A stretch of DNA of 64,000 bases from Hormoscilla sp. (GTDB lineage Bacteria > Cyanobacteriota > Cyanobacteriia > Cyanobacteriales > Desertifilaceae). Each line of letters starts with the position of its first letter. Within the stretch, counting starts at the first letter, position 1. The notes beneath the pieces are model-generated. The model saw only the letters and a program-made list of their open reading frames with translations. It had not been told where the DNA came from and ran no database searches. Position numbers and translations under genes: made by a program. The stretch spans positions 1-64,000 of the forward strand of contig JBFRWI010000053.1 in NCBI GenBank assembly GCA_051439505.1, given 5' to 3'. Shown here one piece after another: positions 38,910-48,884 of the stretch.

Positions 38910-39635
38910 TTGTTTAACAACAGTTTTTTGTCTTATTTACCGCTGGAGAACTCCTCAGGTGGGAAATTATCTACCCTATTATGGGAAAAAATCGGCAGGG
39001 CTAGGGCTGGGCGGGTTTTCACGGCATCTGTGTTTCTAGTATGTGTGCCAGTATTTTTCCAGGCTCCATTGGTACGGCAACTGCCTTGGTTAAGTTTAGC
39101 AATGACATCTGGCATCGTCGGTGGGAGTATCCATCTGCTGGATCGTCAGTCAACTAGACTGTGGGGAGACTTACTGCTAGGATTTAGTTGGAGTTGGCTA
39201 GCCGGTTCCATATATTGGGGTTGGCTGCGCTGGGAACCCTTGTGGCATTTGCCGGTCGAAGCCATCGGTCTGCCAGTGGTCATCTGGTGTCTTTGGCGTC
39301 GTTGGGCAATGGTAGGAAACCTATTTTACCTGGGTTCTCTATTGGGAACGGCGATCACAGATATATATTTCTATATTGTGGATTTGATTCCCCACTGGCG
39401 TCAGGTGATGCATGTGTCCCCAGAACTAGCAATGCCAGTTCTGCAAAGTGCGATCGCCCAGATCCAGACCCCTTGGGGAATCAGCTGGGCAGTAGTATTG
39501 AGTGTAATTCTCTTAGTTGCCGGGATTTTACCTCTGGGCACCAGGCAGCTACATTGGTGGGCATTTAGCGGAGCTGTCTTGAGTACAATATTAGTAGACA
39601 GTTTGTTCTGGCTAGCCGCCTGCGCGATCGAGTGA
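38910..39635 (+). CDS. DUF3120-family membrane protein
   Basis: VPVFFQAPLVR, AGSIYWGWLRWEPLWHLPVEA, GTAITD; TTG start at 38910 inferred (ORF is open from 38748). Confidence 0.8.
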   Translation: MFNNSFLSYLPLENSSGGKLSTLLWEKIGRARAGRVFTASVFLVCVPVFFQAPLVRQLPWLSLAMTSGIVGGSIHLLDRQSTRLWGDLLLGFSWSWLAGSIYWGWLRWEPLWHLPVEAIGLPVVIWCLWRRWAMVGNLFYLGSLLGTAITDIYFYIVDLIPHWRQVMHVSPELAMPVLQSAIAQIQTPWGISWAVVLSVILLVAGILPLGTRQLHWWAFSGAVLSTILVDSLFWLAACAIE

Positions 39636-39725
39636 TTGCTCCCGAGACAGATGCCCACACAGACCGAAATCTATATTTCAGGATGCATGAAGACTCCCAT
39701 ATTCTTCTTCGACTAAGCCTGCACC

Positions 39726-40703
39726 GTGAGTAAGATCAGCAATCCTCATTTAGTACTTCAGACAGAGTCAGGGAATCGCTATCTCCCCCTGGTTGGCAGT
39801 AATTGCTGGACCATAGGTCGGACCGATGACAACAATTTTGTCCTGCCAGACCCGTGGATTTCCCGCAACCACGCCATGCTGCAATACACCGAGACAGGTG
39901 AATTTTATCTGATCGATCTCGGCAGTCGCAACGGCTCCTTTGTCAATGGACGCCGAGTCGGCATTCCGGTGACCTTGCGCAATGGCGATCTGCTTACCTT
40001 TGGTCAGACACAACTGAATTTCTACAGTCCCTCTGCCCAAAAGGATGATGCCTCTACCAGTCTAGACCATGCAGATTATAACGTCACAGCTACCTTGCAT
40101 GTCCGTCGCTTAATCTCGGTGATGGTGGTGGATATCCGCAATTTTACCGGTCTGACTCAGCAAATGAATGACGCTCTGCTCTCCACCATGATCGGTACCT
40201 GGTTCCGCAATGCTGGGGAAATAATTCGCACCGAAGGTAGCTGGGTGGATAAATATATTGGCGATGCGATCATGGCCGTCTGGTTTCATGGCACCGAAGG
40301 AGTCAACTCAGAAGAGTTGATGAAGGTGTTCGGTGCTCTCAACAAGTTACACAAGATGACTCGGGATTTGGCCGATGACTATCCCGTGCCTTTTCCCTTG
40401 CAGATTGGCTCGGGCATTAATACCGGTTATGCTATGGTTGGCAATACGGGTAGTGGCGATCGCCCAGACTACACGGCCCTGGGAGATACGGTCAATGCTG
40501 CCTTTCGCCTGGAATCTTGCACGAAACAAATTAGTCGAGATGTTGCCCTAGGAAAAACTACCTATCAATACCTCTCCAGCTTTGGCGTGGATCCAAAGAT
40601 GTTCGAGCAGTTTACCGTTAACCTCAAGGGCTACGAGACGCCAACTTTAACCTATGCTTGCTCCTTTATTGAGTTGGATAGTTTTTTGCAAGGCCGGCCC
40701 TGA
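39726..40703 (+). CDS. FHA-domain class III adenylate/guanylate cyclase
   Basis: WTIGR, ISRNHA, DLGSRNG (FHA); DIRNFT, KYIGDAIM, GDTVNAAFRLE (cyclase). Confidence 0.92.
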   Translation: MSKISNPHLVLQTESGNRYLPLVGSNCWTIGRTDDNNFVLPDPWISRNHAMLQYTETGEFYLIDLGSRNGSFVNGRRVGIPVTLRNGDLLTFGQTQLNFYSPSAQKDDASTSLDHADYNVTATLHVRRLISVMVVDIRNFTGLTQQMNDALLSTMIGTWFRNAGEIIRTEGSWVDKYIGDAIMAVWFHGTEGVNSEELMKVFGALNKLHKMTRDLADDYPVPFPLQIGSGINTGYAMVGNTGSGDRPDYTALGDTVNAAFRLESCTKQISRDVALGKTTYQYLSSFGVDPKMFEQFTVNLKGYETPTLTYACSFIELDSFLQGRP

Positions 40704-40801
40704 CTGCCTTCCCGATCGAAAAATTAAATAACACCGATAAAATGAAATAAAATGCTGTAGTCCAGTTAAAATACGCTCAAAAATTAGGTAGGAACGGAAA
40801 G

Positions 40802-41224
40802 ATGAAACGATTAATGCGCTTGTTGCCAGTATTTGTGCTGCTGTTGGCCTGCCTGGGAAATGTGCCCCGGGCCCAGGCGGCTAATTTAACCGAGCTGTTC
40901 TGGCCGTCATCGCCGGTGCTGGTGGCTGAAGCCCCAGTACGCAATGCGGCTGACGATAAGCTAGCAGAGATTAAAGATAAAACCGATTTGAACAACTCCC
41001 CTTTGCAAGCATTTAAAAAGTATCGCGGTTTTTACCCGAATCTGGCTCAGACAATCATTAACTATGCCCCCTACGAGCAGGTAGAGGATGTTCTGAATAT
41101 TCCGGGATTGAGCGATCGCCAGAAAAAAAAGCTGAAAAAGCACTTTGATGACTTCATAGTTACTAAGGTTGCGAAAGAATTAAACCAAGGGGGCGATCGC
41201 TTGAACAACGGCACCTACGATTAA
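40802..41224 (+). CDS. psbU: Photosystem II 12 kDa extrinsic protein
   Basis: Signal peptide, RNAADDKL, DLNN, GFYPNLA, PYEQVEDVLNIPGL, DRLNNGTY. Confidence 0.93.
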   Translation: MKRLMRLLPVFVLLLACLGNVPRAQAANLTELFWPSSPVLVAEAPVRNAADDKLAEIKDKTDLNNSPLQAFKKYRGFYPNLAQTIINYAPYEQVEDVLNIPGLSDRQKKKLKKHFDDFIVTKVAKELNQGGDRLNNGTYD

Positions 41225-41344
41225 GCCTTTATTCCCTCTCGCTCCCGCTGTCATAGCTGACCATTAACAGTTTGTTTACACAGCCGCACTTTCTTCCACT
41301 AAAGACTTTTTGTCCTAGGGGAGCCGGTGCGGCTGTAATTTATG

Positions 41345-41415
41345 GGCTAATGGCTAATTGCTAATTGCTAATGGCTAATGGCTAATGGTTAATGGCTAAT
41401 GGCTAATGGCTAATG
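41345..41415. repeat. STRR-type heptamer tandem repeat (GCTAATG/GCTAATT), about ten units
   Basis: Directly visible; related heptamer runs near 8715, 15476, 19685, 38648, 44252, 53307, 58080 and 61956. Confidence 0.9.
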
Positions 41416-41633
41416 GCACCAGTTGGTTGTTGTTGGCCACACCCGCTAATGACAGTGGGTGCGGCCCACCCCTACTATGTGATTTACTTAAATTAGATAT
41501 ATATTTAAAACCACAGCTAATTCGCTGTGGCTATCTGGTTTATTTTTATTACTTTGAGATCGCACCCGATCGCAACTCTTGCTTTCATCGCCGTTTTACT
41601 CAATTTTCATAGCGCCTTAACCACCAATAGTAA

Positions 41634-41822
41634 CTACTTAATTATTTCGGTGATTTCCGGATATATTGTCCCTGAGTCGGGTTCGCTCTGAACTACTGAG
41701 GCGGCGAATTTATTGACTATGGAAACGTCCTGAAAGTTGTAATGGCCGGAAATTAGAGCTAAGGCGATCGTCAGGCCGATCGCATGCAGGACAGCCGAAC
41801 TTTTCGATAATGAGCCAGTCAT
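41634..41822 (-). CDS. Small hypothetical membrane protein
   Basis: 62 aa with one hydrophobic segment; GAGGTG upstream of ATG. Confidence 0.45.
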   Translation of the reverse strand: MTGSLSKSSAVLHAIGLTIALALISGHYNFQDVSIVNKFAASVVQSEPDSGTIYPEITEIIK

Positions 41823-41917
41823 AGCAGTTGCACCTCAAACGTTGATATATCTGTTATCACATTTTTGTGGCCATTGCTGCTGTGACCGTTCCTTCCCCCT
41901 TCCGTGATTTTTCTCAC

Positions 41918-42862
41918 TCACCTCACCGGTTGTTCCCGTGGGAGAAAGTCGCGCGGTCCCGTATATCCAGACAAATCAGCCAGTTCGGACAAAGGTCGGA
42001 CCCCTGGGTATAATTGGCCGTTGATTTCCCAAGTCGGAAAACCCGCTATCCCCACCTTTTTGCAGAGTTCTGTCTGGGAAGAAAGTCCATCGGGCGCACA
42101 TTCTATATAGTTGAGCATACTGGCGGCCTCCGAACCAAACAGTTGTTTCTGCTCGTGGCAGTGGGGACACCAGTAGGCACTATAATCTTTCGCCCCTACG
42201 CTTTTCAGATGACGCGCTAGCGCAATTTCTGCTGGTCCCGAAGTGGTAGTCACTATTGGCGGGGCCTTTCCGGCTGTGACTGTGGGATTTTGCTCGACTG
42301 TGGGATTATCAACGTTGGCATAGACCCCTAATGCCCCCACGAATGTCACCATACCCACTACAACTCCCGTCAACAATAGCTGGCCGATGTCTTCCCAAGC
42401 GTGACCGATCGAGGTCACGACCAACATGCTTACAGACAATAAAGCTGAGACAACGCAGTAAGGACAGAAAGCTTCAATCTGGAAGGCCATGATATACATG
42501 AGGTAGCCGCTACCCACCGCCATTGCCGTGGCCCCCCCAAACAGCACCAACCAAGTCCAGTCTTCCAGGTTAGAACGCAATTGTTTGTTTTTTTCTGGAT
42601 TAACTAGCAGGGGCGCGATCGCCATGAGGGCCATGGTACTGTAGCCTAAAAGGCCAAATAGGGTTAAGGGCAATCCCAAAACTGTGGCATAGGGACTGGA
42701 AAGGACTTCTTTGCAGCCGGTGGTCGGGCAGAAAGAAGCGGCACTTCCCGTCAGTTCTGCTATTGTCAGAAAGGCTGTTTCTAAGGCTCCGATTGTGGCG
42801 ATCGCCCCTAGCAGCGGACGCGACCAACGATGCATTGGGTTTGTCGAACGACTCCGTTTCAT
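41918..42862 (-). CDS. VKOR-thioredoxin fusion (DsbAB-type disulfide-forming enzyme)
   Basis: FCPTTGC..VLSSPYA, FCPYC, then AYWCPHC, YIEC, GFPTW. Confidence 0.93.
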   Translation of the reverse strand: MKRSRSTNPMHRWSRPLLGAIATIGALETAFLTIAELTGSAASFCPTTGCKEVLSSPYATVLGLPLTLFGLLGYSTMALMAIAPLLVNPEKNKQLRSNLEDWTWLVLFGGATAMAVGSGYLMYIMAFQIEAFCPYCVVSALLSVSMLVVTSIGHAWEDIGQLLLTGVVVGMVTFVGALGVYANVDNPTVEQNPTVTAGKAPPIVTTTSGPAEIALARHLKSVGAKDYSAYWCPHCHEQKQLFGSEAASMLNYIECAPDGLSSQTELCKKVGIAGFPTWEINGQLYPGVRPLSELADLSGYTGPRDFLPREQPVR

Positions 42863-42871
42863 AATCCTCTC

Positions 42872-43381
42872 CTAAAACTCTCGCGATCCCTGGTAGCCTG
42901 ATAGATCGGCTAGTTTTTCCAGAGATTGGGTGCCCCTGTATAATTGGCCTTTGATTTGCCAGGTAGGATATGCATCTATCTGGGCTGCTTGCCAGACCTC
43001 TGCTTGGCGATCCCAATGACCATTAGGCGAACATTCTATATAGGAGATCGCCGCGATCGCCTGTTTGCCAAACATTTGCTTTTGCTGATGGCAGTGATGG
43101 CACCAATATGCGCCATACATCTTGGCTCCTACCTGGGTGAGATGTTGGGCCAGGGCTATTTTAGCAGGACTTGAGGTTCTCCTAATGGGTTTTCCTCTAT
43201 ATCTAGAAGAGGATGCCACCGCCGGCACCCCTACAGTCTTTTCCCATACTACTGTACCGCCCAGGACGATCGTCCCAAGGGCGATCGCGCCTATCAAAAG
43301 AGGAGAAGGTCGTTTCGGACATGGCGAGATTGGTGCGATTCGACAACTATGCTGTTTTAATCTGCCGCGCGGCTTCGACAA
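42872..43381 (-). CDS. Membrane-anchored thioredoxin-like protein, paralogue of the VKOR C-terminal domain
   Basis: IALAQHL..VGAKMYGAYWCHHC..QKQMFG, YIECSP, AYPTW, LADLSGY; start uncertain. Confidence 0.82.
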   Translation of the reverse strand: MSKPRGRLKQHSCRIAPISPCPKRPSPLLIGAIALGTIVLGGTVVWEKTVGVPAVASSSRYRGKPIRRTSSPAKIALAQHLTQVGAKMYGAYWCHHCHQQKQMFGKQAIAAISYIECSPNGHWDRQAEVWQAAQIDAYPTWQIKGQLYRGTQSLEKLADLSGYQGSREF

Positions 43382-44153
43382 ACTGACTGACTCGGATCGG
43401 ATCGATCGGTTGGTCGATTTGACCGTGCCGCTTCAGGGAACTGGAAACTATCACTCCGTCTGCTGCTGCCATCAGGGTAGAAATATTTTCCCAGTTCGCC
43501 CCACTGCCGACGAACACCGGGGTGCCTTTTGCCGCTGCATGTGCTACTTCCAAGTCTGACTGACTCGGCGGGCTGCCGGTTGTCTGGCCGGAGATAATCA
43601 CTCCATCTGCTAAACCCCGCTCGATCGTTTCTTGTACCGCTGCGGTCAAGTTCGGCGTACCCAAGGGCAGAGCGTGCTTGACCAATACATCGGCGATAAT
43701 TTTCACCTCACTGCCTAGTTCTCGCCGGTAGCGCAGCAGTTGATGGGCAAGTCCCTCAATTAAACCTTGGTCCGTGGCCATGACGCCAGTCAGGACGTTG
43801 ACGCGGATGAAGGACGCATTTACACAGGAGGCGATCGCCATGGCACTGCGAGCATCATTGCGCAGCATGTTGATGCCTATTGGCAGACTCACCAAGTTCA
43901 TCAGTCGCATCACTATCATCGTCATCGCGCTCACTACCGCCGGGTCCACCCTCTCCTTGGCAAAAGGCGCATCAAAAAAGTTCTCTACAATGATTGCGTC
44001 TACCCCACCTGAGGCTAATGCCGCCGCCTCTTGCTCGGCCCTCGCTATCACCGCTTTCAGGTCTCCTGACCACCGGGCCGAGGTGGGTAGAGGCTGTAAA
44101 TGTACCACACCAATAATCGGGTGTACTGTGTTAAAGGTCTCAGTCAAATCCAT
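43347..44153 (-). CDS. btpA: Photosystem I biogenesis protein BtpA
   Basis: IIGVVHL.PLP, IVENFFDAPF, GINMLRND, ADVLVKH; start MDLTETF at 44153. Confidence 0.92.
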   Translation of the reverse strand: MDLTETFNTVHPIIGVVHLQPLPTSARWSGDLKAVIARAEQEAAALASGGVDAIIVENFFDAPFAKERVDPAVVSAMTMIVMRLMNLVSLPIGINMLRNDARSAMAIASCVNASFIRVNVLTGVMATDQGLIEGLAHQLLRYRRELGSEVKIIADVLVKHALPLGTPNLTAAVQETIERGLADGVIISGQTTGSPPSQSDLEVAHAAAKGTPVFVGSGANWENISTLMAAADGVIVSSSLKRHGQIDQPIDPIRVSQFVEAARQIKTA

Positions 44154-44289
44154 CTTTATGCTATAGCGTGCGAGGCTCTCTGTGGTCCTCTCATTCTTAA
44201 CCAGGGCGATCGCCCAGCTATCAATATTCTCATGGGACGACCTCCTCAGCAATTCAAAATTCAAAATTCAAAATTCAAAATTATGCAAT

Positions 44290-45678
44290 TCATTTAACAT
44301 CGGCACCCAGAGGTATAGAGATGGAGAACTTCGTTCCCGACCCCGGTTCCGAGGAGCATGTCAACTGACCCTGGTGTTTTTCTACTACAATCTCGTGGGC
44401 GATCGACAATCCCAAACCAGAGCCTTTCCCTACCGGTTTTGTAGTAAAGAAGGGGTCAAACATGCGTGTCTGGACTTCTTTGGGTATCTCCGGACCGTTA
44501 TTACTAATAGTAATCAGCACCGCCCTTGTCTCTTCTACAGGTAATTCAGTTTTGATGGTAATGACTCGCGGTCCTACTTTGTTTTCTAGCGCGTCAATTG
44601 CATTCGTAAGAATATTCATAAACACTTGATTTAACTCGCTGGCATGGCATGATACTAGGGGCAGTTTGCCATATTCTTTAATTATCGCAATCTCAGGACT
44701 CACTTCGTGCAGTCTGTGTTGCAAAATCAGTAAAGTGCTGTCAATTCCAGAATGAATATCGACGGACTTGAGCTGAGATTCATCCAAGCGCGAGAAATTC
44801 CGCAGAGACAGGACAATATCCTTGATTCTCGCGGTCCCCTCCTGCATTGAAGCCAGCATTTTGGGCAAATCTTCTATTAGAAAATCTAGATCGATCTGGG
44901 CCACTGCTGCTTGGATTTCTGCTACTGGATTGGGATAATACTGGGCATATAGTTGTAGCAGGTACAGCATTTCTTGCATGTATTCATTACTGTGGATTAG
45001 ATTCCCATGAATGAAGTTGATCGGGTTGTTGATTTCATGGGCCACACCTGCCACCATTTGCCCTAAACTCGACATTTTTTCACTCTGCACTAATTGCGCT
45101 TGAGTCCGTTTTAGCCTTGACAGGGCCTGTTCCAGTTCTTGAGTCTGTTCTCGCAATAAAGCTTCCGATCGCCGCAGGGCTTCTTCTACCCGCTTGCGTT
45201 CGGTGATGTCAAATCTGATGGCTAAATATTGGTACGGTTTCCCTTTTTCATCCACAAAGGGGACGATCGTGGTATCGACCCAATAATATGTCCCATCTTT
45301 GGCTCTATTCTTGATTTCCCCTTTCCATACTTTACCCCCTTTGATTGTAGACCACAACTGCGCGAAAAATTCTTGGGTATGATGACCTGATTTCAGCACC
45401 TTGTGGGTTTTACCGATCAGTTCCGATCTGCTATATTTGGAAATCTCGCAAAATTTATCGTTGACATCACTTATAATTCCTTTCTCATCTGTGATCGCTA
45501 AGATCGCCGCTCGATCTAAGGCATATTTTACATCTGATAATTCTTTGGCTATTTCCCCTACTCTTTTATCCAGATGTTGGCGCTCCGCGATCGCCTGTCC
45601 GTAGCCCATTATACTGCTTGCATCCAGCTTTGACCACATTGACTGTTCCTGCATCCGAGTTGCTTCCCTCATCTCCAT
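44290..45678 (-). CDS. Soluble PAS/PAC histidine kinase (HK1)
   Basis: PAS VNDKFC...KDGTYYWVDTTIVP; H-box AHEINNP; FDPFFTTKPVGKGSGLGL. Confidence 0.93.
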   Translation of the reverse strand: MEMREATRMQEQSMWSKLDASSIMGYGQAIAERQHLDKRVGEIAKELSDVKYALDRAAILAITDEKGIISDVNDKFCEISKYSRSELIGKTHKVLKSGHHTQEFFAQLWSTIKGGKVWKGEIKNRAKDGTYYWVDTTIVPFVDEKGKPYQYLAIRFDITERKRVEEALRRSEALLREQTQELEQALSRLKRTQAQLVQSEKMSSLGQMVAGVAHEINNPINFIHGNLIHSNEYMQEMLYLLQLYAQYYPNPVAEIQAAVAQIDLDFLIEDLPKMLASMQEGTARIKDIVLSLRNFSRLDESQLKSVDIHSGIDSTLLILQHRLHEVSPEIAIIKEYGKLPLVSCHASELNQVFMNILTNAIDALENKVGPRVITIKTELPVEETRAVLITISNNGPEIPKEVQTRMFDPFFTTKPVGKGSGLGLSIAHEIVVEKHQGQLTCSSEPGSGTKFSISIPLGADVK

Positions 45679-45970
45679 AGCCTTCTCTAGTTCCCTCCTA
45701 TTCTATACTCTCTCTCTTCTGTTCGGTTTGATTTTTACTATTTTTTAGCAATCCTTAAGAAAAATCCTTCTTGAGATATATTTCTTAATAATCTATCAAG
45801 CAATCGTTACAATCTGTAATGTCAACTTACCTTGGGTATTGTACAGTTTGAAATCCTGAGACCCTTATACCACAAGCATCAGCCTTTAGCTGATGGCAAA
45901 AAAGCTAACTGCTAATCAAGCTGCTCAGAGACTTGCGGTTTAATAATGTACCAATGATGGAACTCCTACA

Positions 45971-46640
45971 AACGTTTATATTACTGAATTTAACGTTTAG
46001 TTAGCCTAGCTTAACGTAAGTTTTACGCAAAAACAACGTTTGCTTAGCCTAGCTTAACGTAAGTTTCACCACAATAAACGTTTGCTTAGCCGTTTTTTAC
46101 GTATATTTTCCTCCAATCAATGTTTAATTCGCCGATTTCGACATAAGTCTTACTTTAATTAACGGTTGCTTAGTCTATTCTAACGTAAATTTTACCCTAA
46201 TAAACCTTTAATTAGCCGATTTTACGTATATTTTCCCTTAATCAATGTTTAATTAGCCGATTTTGACATAATTGTTACTTTAATCAAGGGTTGCTTAGTC
46301 TATTATAACGTAATTTTTACGCCAATAAACGTTTATTTAGCCAGTTTTACGTAACTTTCACACCAATCAAGGTTGAATTAACGGATTTTAACGTAAGCTT
46401 CACTCAGTTTAACGTTGAAGGAGCTGATTTTAACGTAAGTTTAACCAACCTCAACGTTTGGTTAGCTGATTTTAACGTAATGTTCACACAAATTAACGTT
46501 TGCTTAGCAGCTTTTGACGTAATGTTTCCCCAATAACAACGTTTGGTTAGCCCAAATCAACGTTTGTTTAACTCAGACAAATGCTCGTCTTGTCCAAATC
46601 AACGCTCGTCGAACCCAGACAAACGCTCTCTACGACTCCA
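45971..46640. repeat. Satellite array 2: 31+ monomers of 20-22 bp alternating as a 42-bp dimer
   Basis: AACGTTTGCTTAGC..-type and AACGTAAGTTT..-type units alternate from 45992 to 46537. Confidence 0.93.
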
Positions 46641-46832
46641 GTCGTGGGTCACAAATCCTGTAAAGGATACATTAACACTACTTGTGACCGGAGTTCATTG
46701 ATTATACCGTCGTTCATTCAAATTGCTATGGCAGATCCGCCGAGATCCTTGTTCTCAGGCACTTTCCCAATGCAAGAATTGATTATATTAGATGTCCATG
46801 AATTGGTTTCACAATTGTGAATTGTGAATTCC

Positions 46833-48884
46833 TTACAGGGGAATAGTAATCATAAACTTGGTACCCTCGCCGGGATGGGACTGGGACTGCAACTTACCCT
46901 GGTGTTTTTCTACCACAATCTCATGGGCGATCGACAACCCCAAACCCGTGCCCTTCCCCACCGGTTTCGTTGTAAAAAAGGGGTCGAACATGCGTCTCTG
47001 GACTTCTTTTGGGATCTCCGGACCGTTATTACTAATAGTAATCAGCACCGCCCTTGTCTCTTCTACAAGTAATTCAGTTTTAATGGTAATGACTCGCGGT
47101 CCTTTTTGGTTTTCTAGGGCGTCAATTGCATTACTAATAATATGCATAAACACTTGATTTAGCTCACTAGCATAACAGGATACCAGAGGCAGGTTGCCGT
47201 ACTCTTTGATTACGGGAATATCGGGACTAACTTCGTGCAGTCTGTGTTGCAAAATCAGTAAAGTGCTGTCAATGCCAGAGTGAATATCTACGGACTTGAG
47301 CTGAGATTCATCTAAGCGAGAGAAGTTCCGTAGAGACAGGACAATATCGCGAATGCGGTTGGTACCCTCCTGCATAGATAGCAGCATTTTGGGCAAATCT
47401 GACATCAGAAAATCGAGGTCTATTTCCTCAGCAGCATCTTGGATTTCTGGCACTGGTTCCCCACAGTATTTTTGATAGAGTTCCAGCATATGCAGCAGGT
47501 CTTGAATATATCCATTGGTATAGGTCAGATTGCCATAGATAAAGTTGACAGGGTTATTAATTTCGTGGGCGACACCCGCCACTAATTGCCCTAAACTGGA
47601 CATTTTCTCGCTCTGTACCAATTGTGCTTGAGTCCGTTTTAGCTTTTTTAAGGCAAGTTGCAGATCTTGAGTCTGTTGTCGGGATTTGGCCTCCGATTCC
47701 CGTAGCGCTGATTCCATCTCCTTGCGGGAAGTGATGTCAAATCTGATGGCTAAGTATTGGTAGGGTTTGTCTTTTTCATCCAGAAAGGGTACAATAGTGG
47801 TATCTACCCAATAATAGCTGCCATCTTTGGCTTGATTCTTGATTTCACCTTTCCAGACTTGGCCTGCTTTAATGCTTGACCACAACTGCTCAAAGAACTC
47901 TGGCGGATGATAACCAGAATTGACGATGCGGTGGGTTTGGCCGATTAGTTCTGAGGAGCTATATTGGGAAAGTTGACAGAATTTATCGTTCACGTAACGA
48001 ATGATTCCTTTCTTGTCCGCGATCGCCACAATGGCCGATATATCTAAAGCATACTGGATATCTGACTGGTTTTTTAGGGTCCGCCGCAGTTCCTCTTCCC
48101 GCTGCTTGCGATCGCTGATGTCACTCTCGATCGCAATAAACTTGACCACCTCTCCCTGGCTGTTCCAAATGGGGGTAATATTCATCATCAACCATAAGGT
48201 AGATCCATCTTGGCGATAGTTAAGTATTTCTCCGATAAATGACTTTTCCTCTCGCAAGGCTTGCCTAATTTCTGCTACTGTTTTCATATCTGTCAAGGGC
48301 CCTTGCAATACAGACCCCGGCTTTTTGCCCCGCATGTCTGATAAGCTATAGCCAGTTATCCGAGTGAAGCCTTCGTTCACCCATTCCGTCAAGCCATCTT
48401 TATCGGTGATAATCACCGCATTATCGGTTTTGCTTGCTACCAGGGATAGCTTTTCTAACTCTGACTCTATCTGCTTGCGCGGAGTGATGTCAAATCTGAT
48501 GGCTAAATATTGGTATGGCTTTCCGGCGTCATCCAAAAATGGGACGATCGTGGTATCCATCCAATAATAGCTGCCATCTTTAGCCCTATTCTTGATTTCC
48601 CCTTTCCAGACCTGGCCTGCTTTAATGCTTGACCACAACTGCTGGAAAAATTCTGGCGGATGATAACCCGAATTGATGATGCGGTGGGTTTTGCCGATTA
48701 GTTCTGAGGAGCTATATTGGGAAAGTTGACAGAATTTATCGTTCACGTAACGAATAATTCCCTGGTTGTCCGTGATGGCCACGATCGCCGCTTGGTCCAG
48801 GGCCCACTTAATCTCGGATAATTCTTTGGTGGTTGCTTGCAGTCTGGCATTTTCATCTTGACTCGGCACTTTATTCATCGCCAC
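46833..48884 (-). CDS. Soluble histidine kinase with three PAS/PAC domains (HK2)
   Basis: PAS1 and PAS3 near-identical; AHEINNP; GTG start overlaps the TAG stop of HK3. Confidence 0.93.
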   Translation of the reverse strand: MAMNKVPSQDENARLQATTKELSEIKWALDQAAIVAITDNQGIIRYVNDKFCQLSQYSSSELIGKTHRIINSGYHPPEFFQQLWSSIKAGQVWKGEIKNRAKDGSYYWMDTTIVPFLDDAGKPYQYLAIRFDITPRKQIESELEKLSLVASKTDNAVIITDKDGLTEWVNEGFTRITGYSLSDMRGKKPGSVLQGPLTDMKTVAEIRQALREEKSFIGEILNYRQDGSTLWLMMNITPIWNSQGEVVKFIAIESDISDRKQREEELRRTLKNQSDIQYALDISAIVAIADKKGIIRYVNDKFCQLSQYSSSELIGQTHRIVNSGYHPPEFFEQLWSSIKAGQVWKGEIKNQAKDGSYYWVDTTIVPFLDEKDKPYQYLAIRFDITSRKEMESALRESEAKSRQQTQDLQLALKKLKRTQAQLVQSEKMSSLGQLVAGVAHEINNPVNFIYGNLTYTNGYIQDLLHMLELYQKYCGEPVPEIQDAAEEIDLDFLMSDLPKMLLSMQEGTNRIRDIVLSLRNFSRLDESQLKSVDIHSGIDSTLLILQHRLHEVSPDIPVIKEYGNLPLVSCYASELNQVFMHIISNAIDALENQKGPRVITIKTELLVEETRAVLITISNNGPEIPKEVQRRMFDPFFTTKPVGKGTGLGLSIAHEIVVEKHQGKLQSQSHPGEGTKFMITIPL

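Noticed and set aside
45805..45835. NtcA site upstream of HK1
   Set aside because: The best match is GTA-N9-TAC, not the canonical GTA-N8-TAC
45971..46640. AAC-rich arrays as a DGR template repeat
   Set aside because: No reverse transcriptase and no paired copy differing only at adenines
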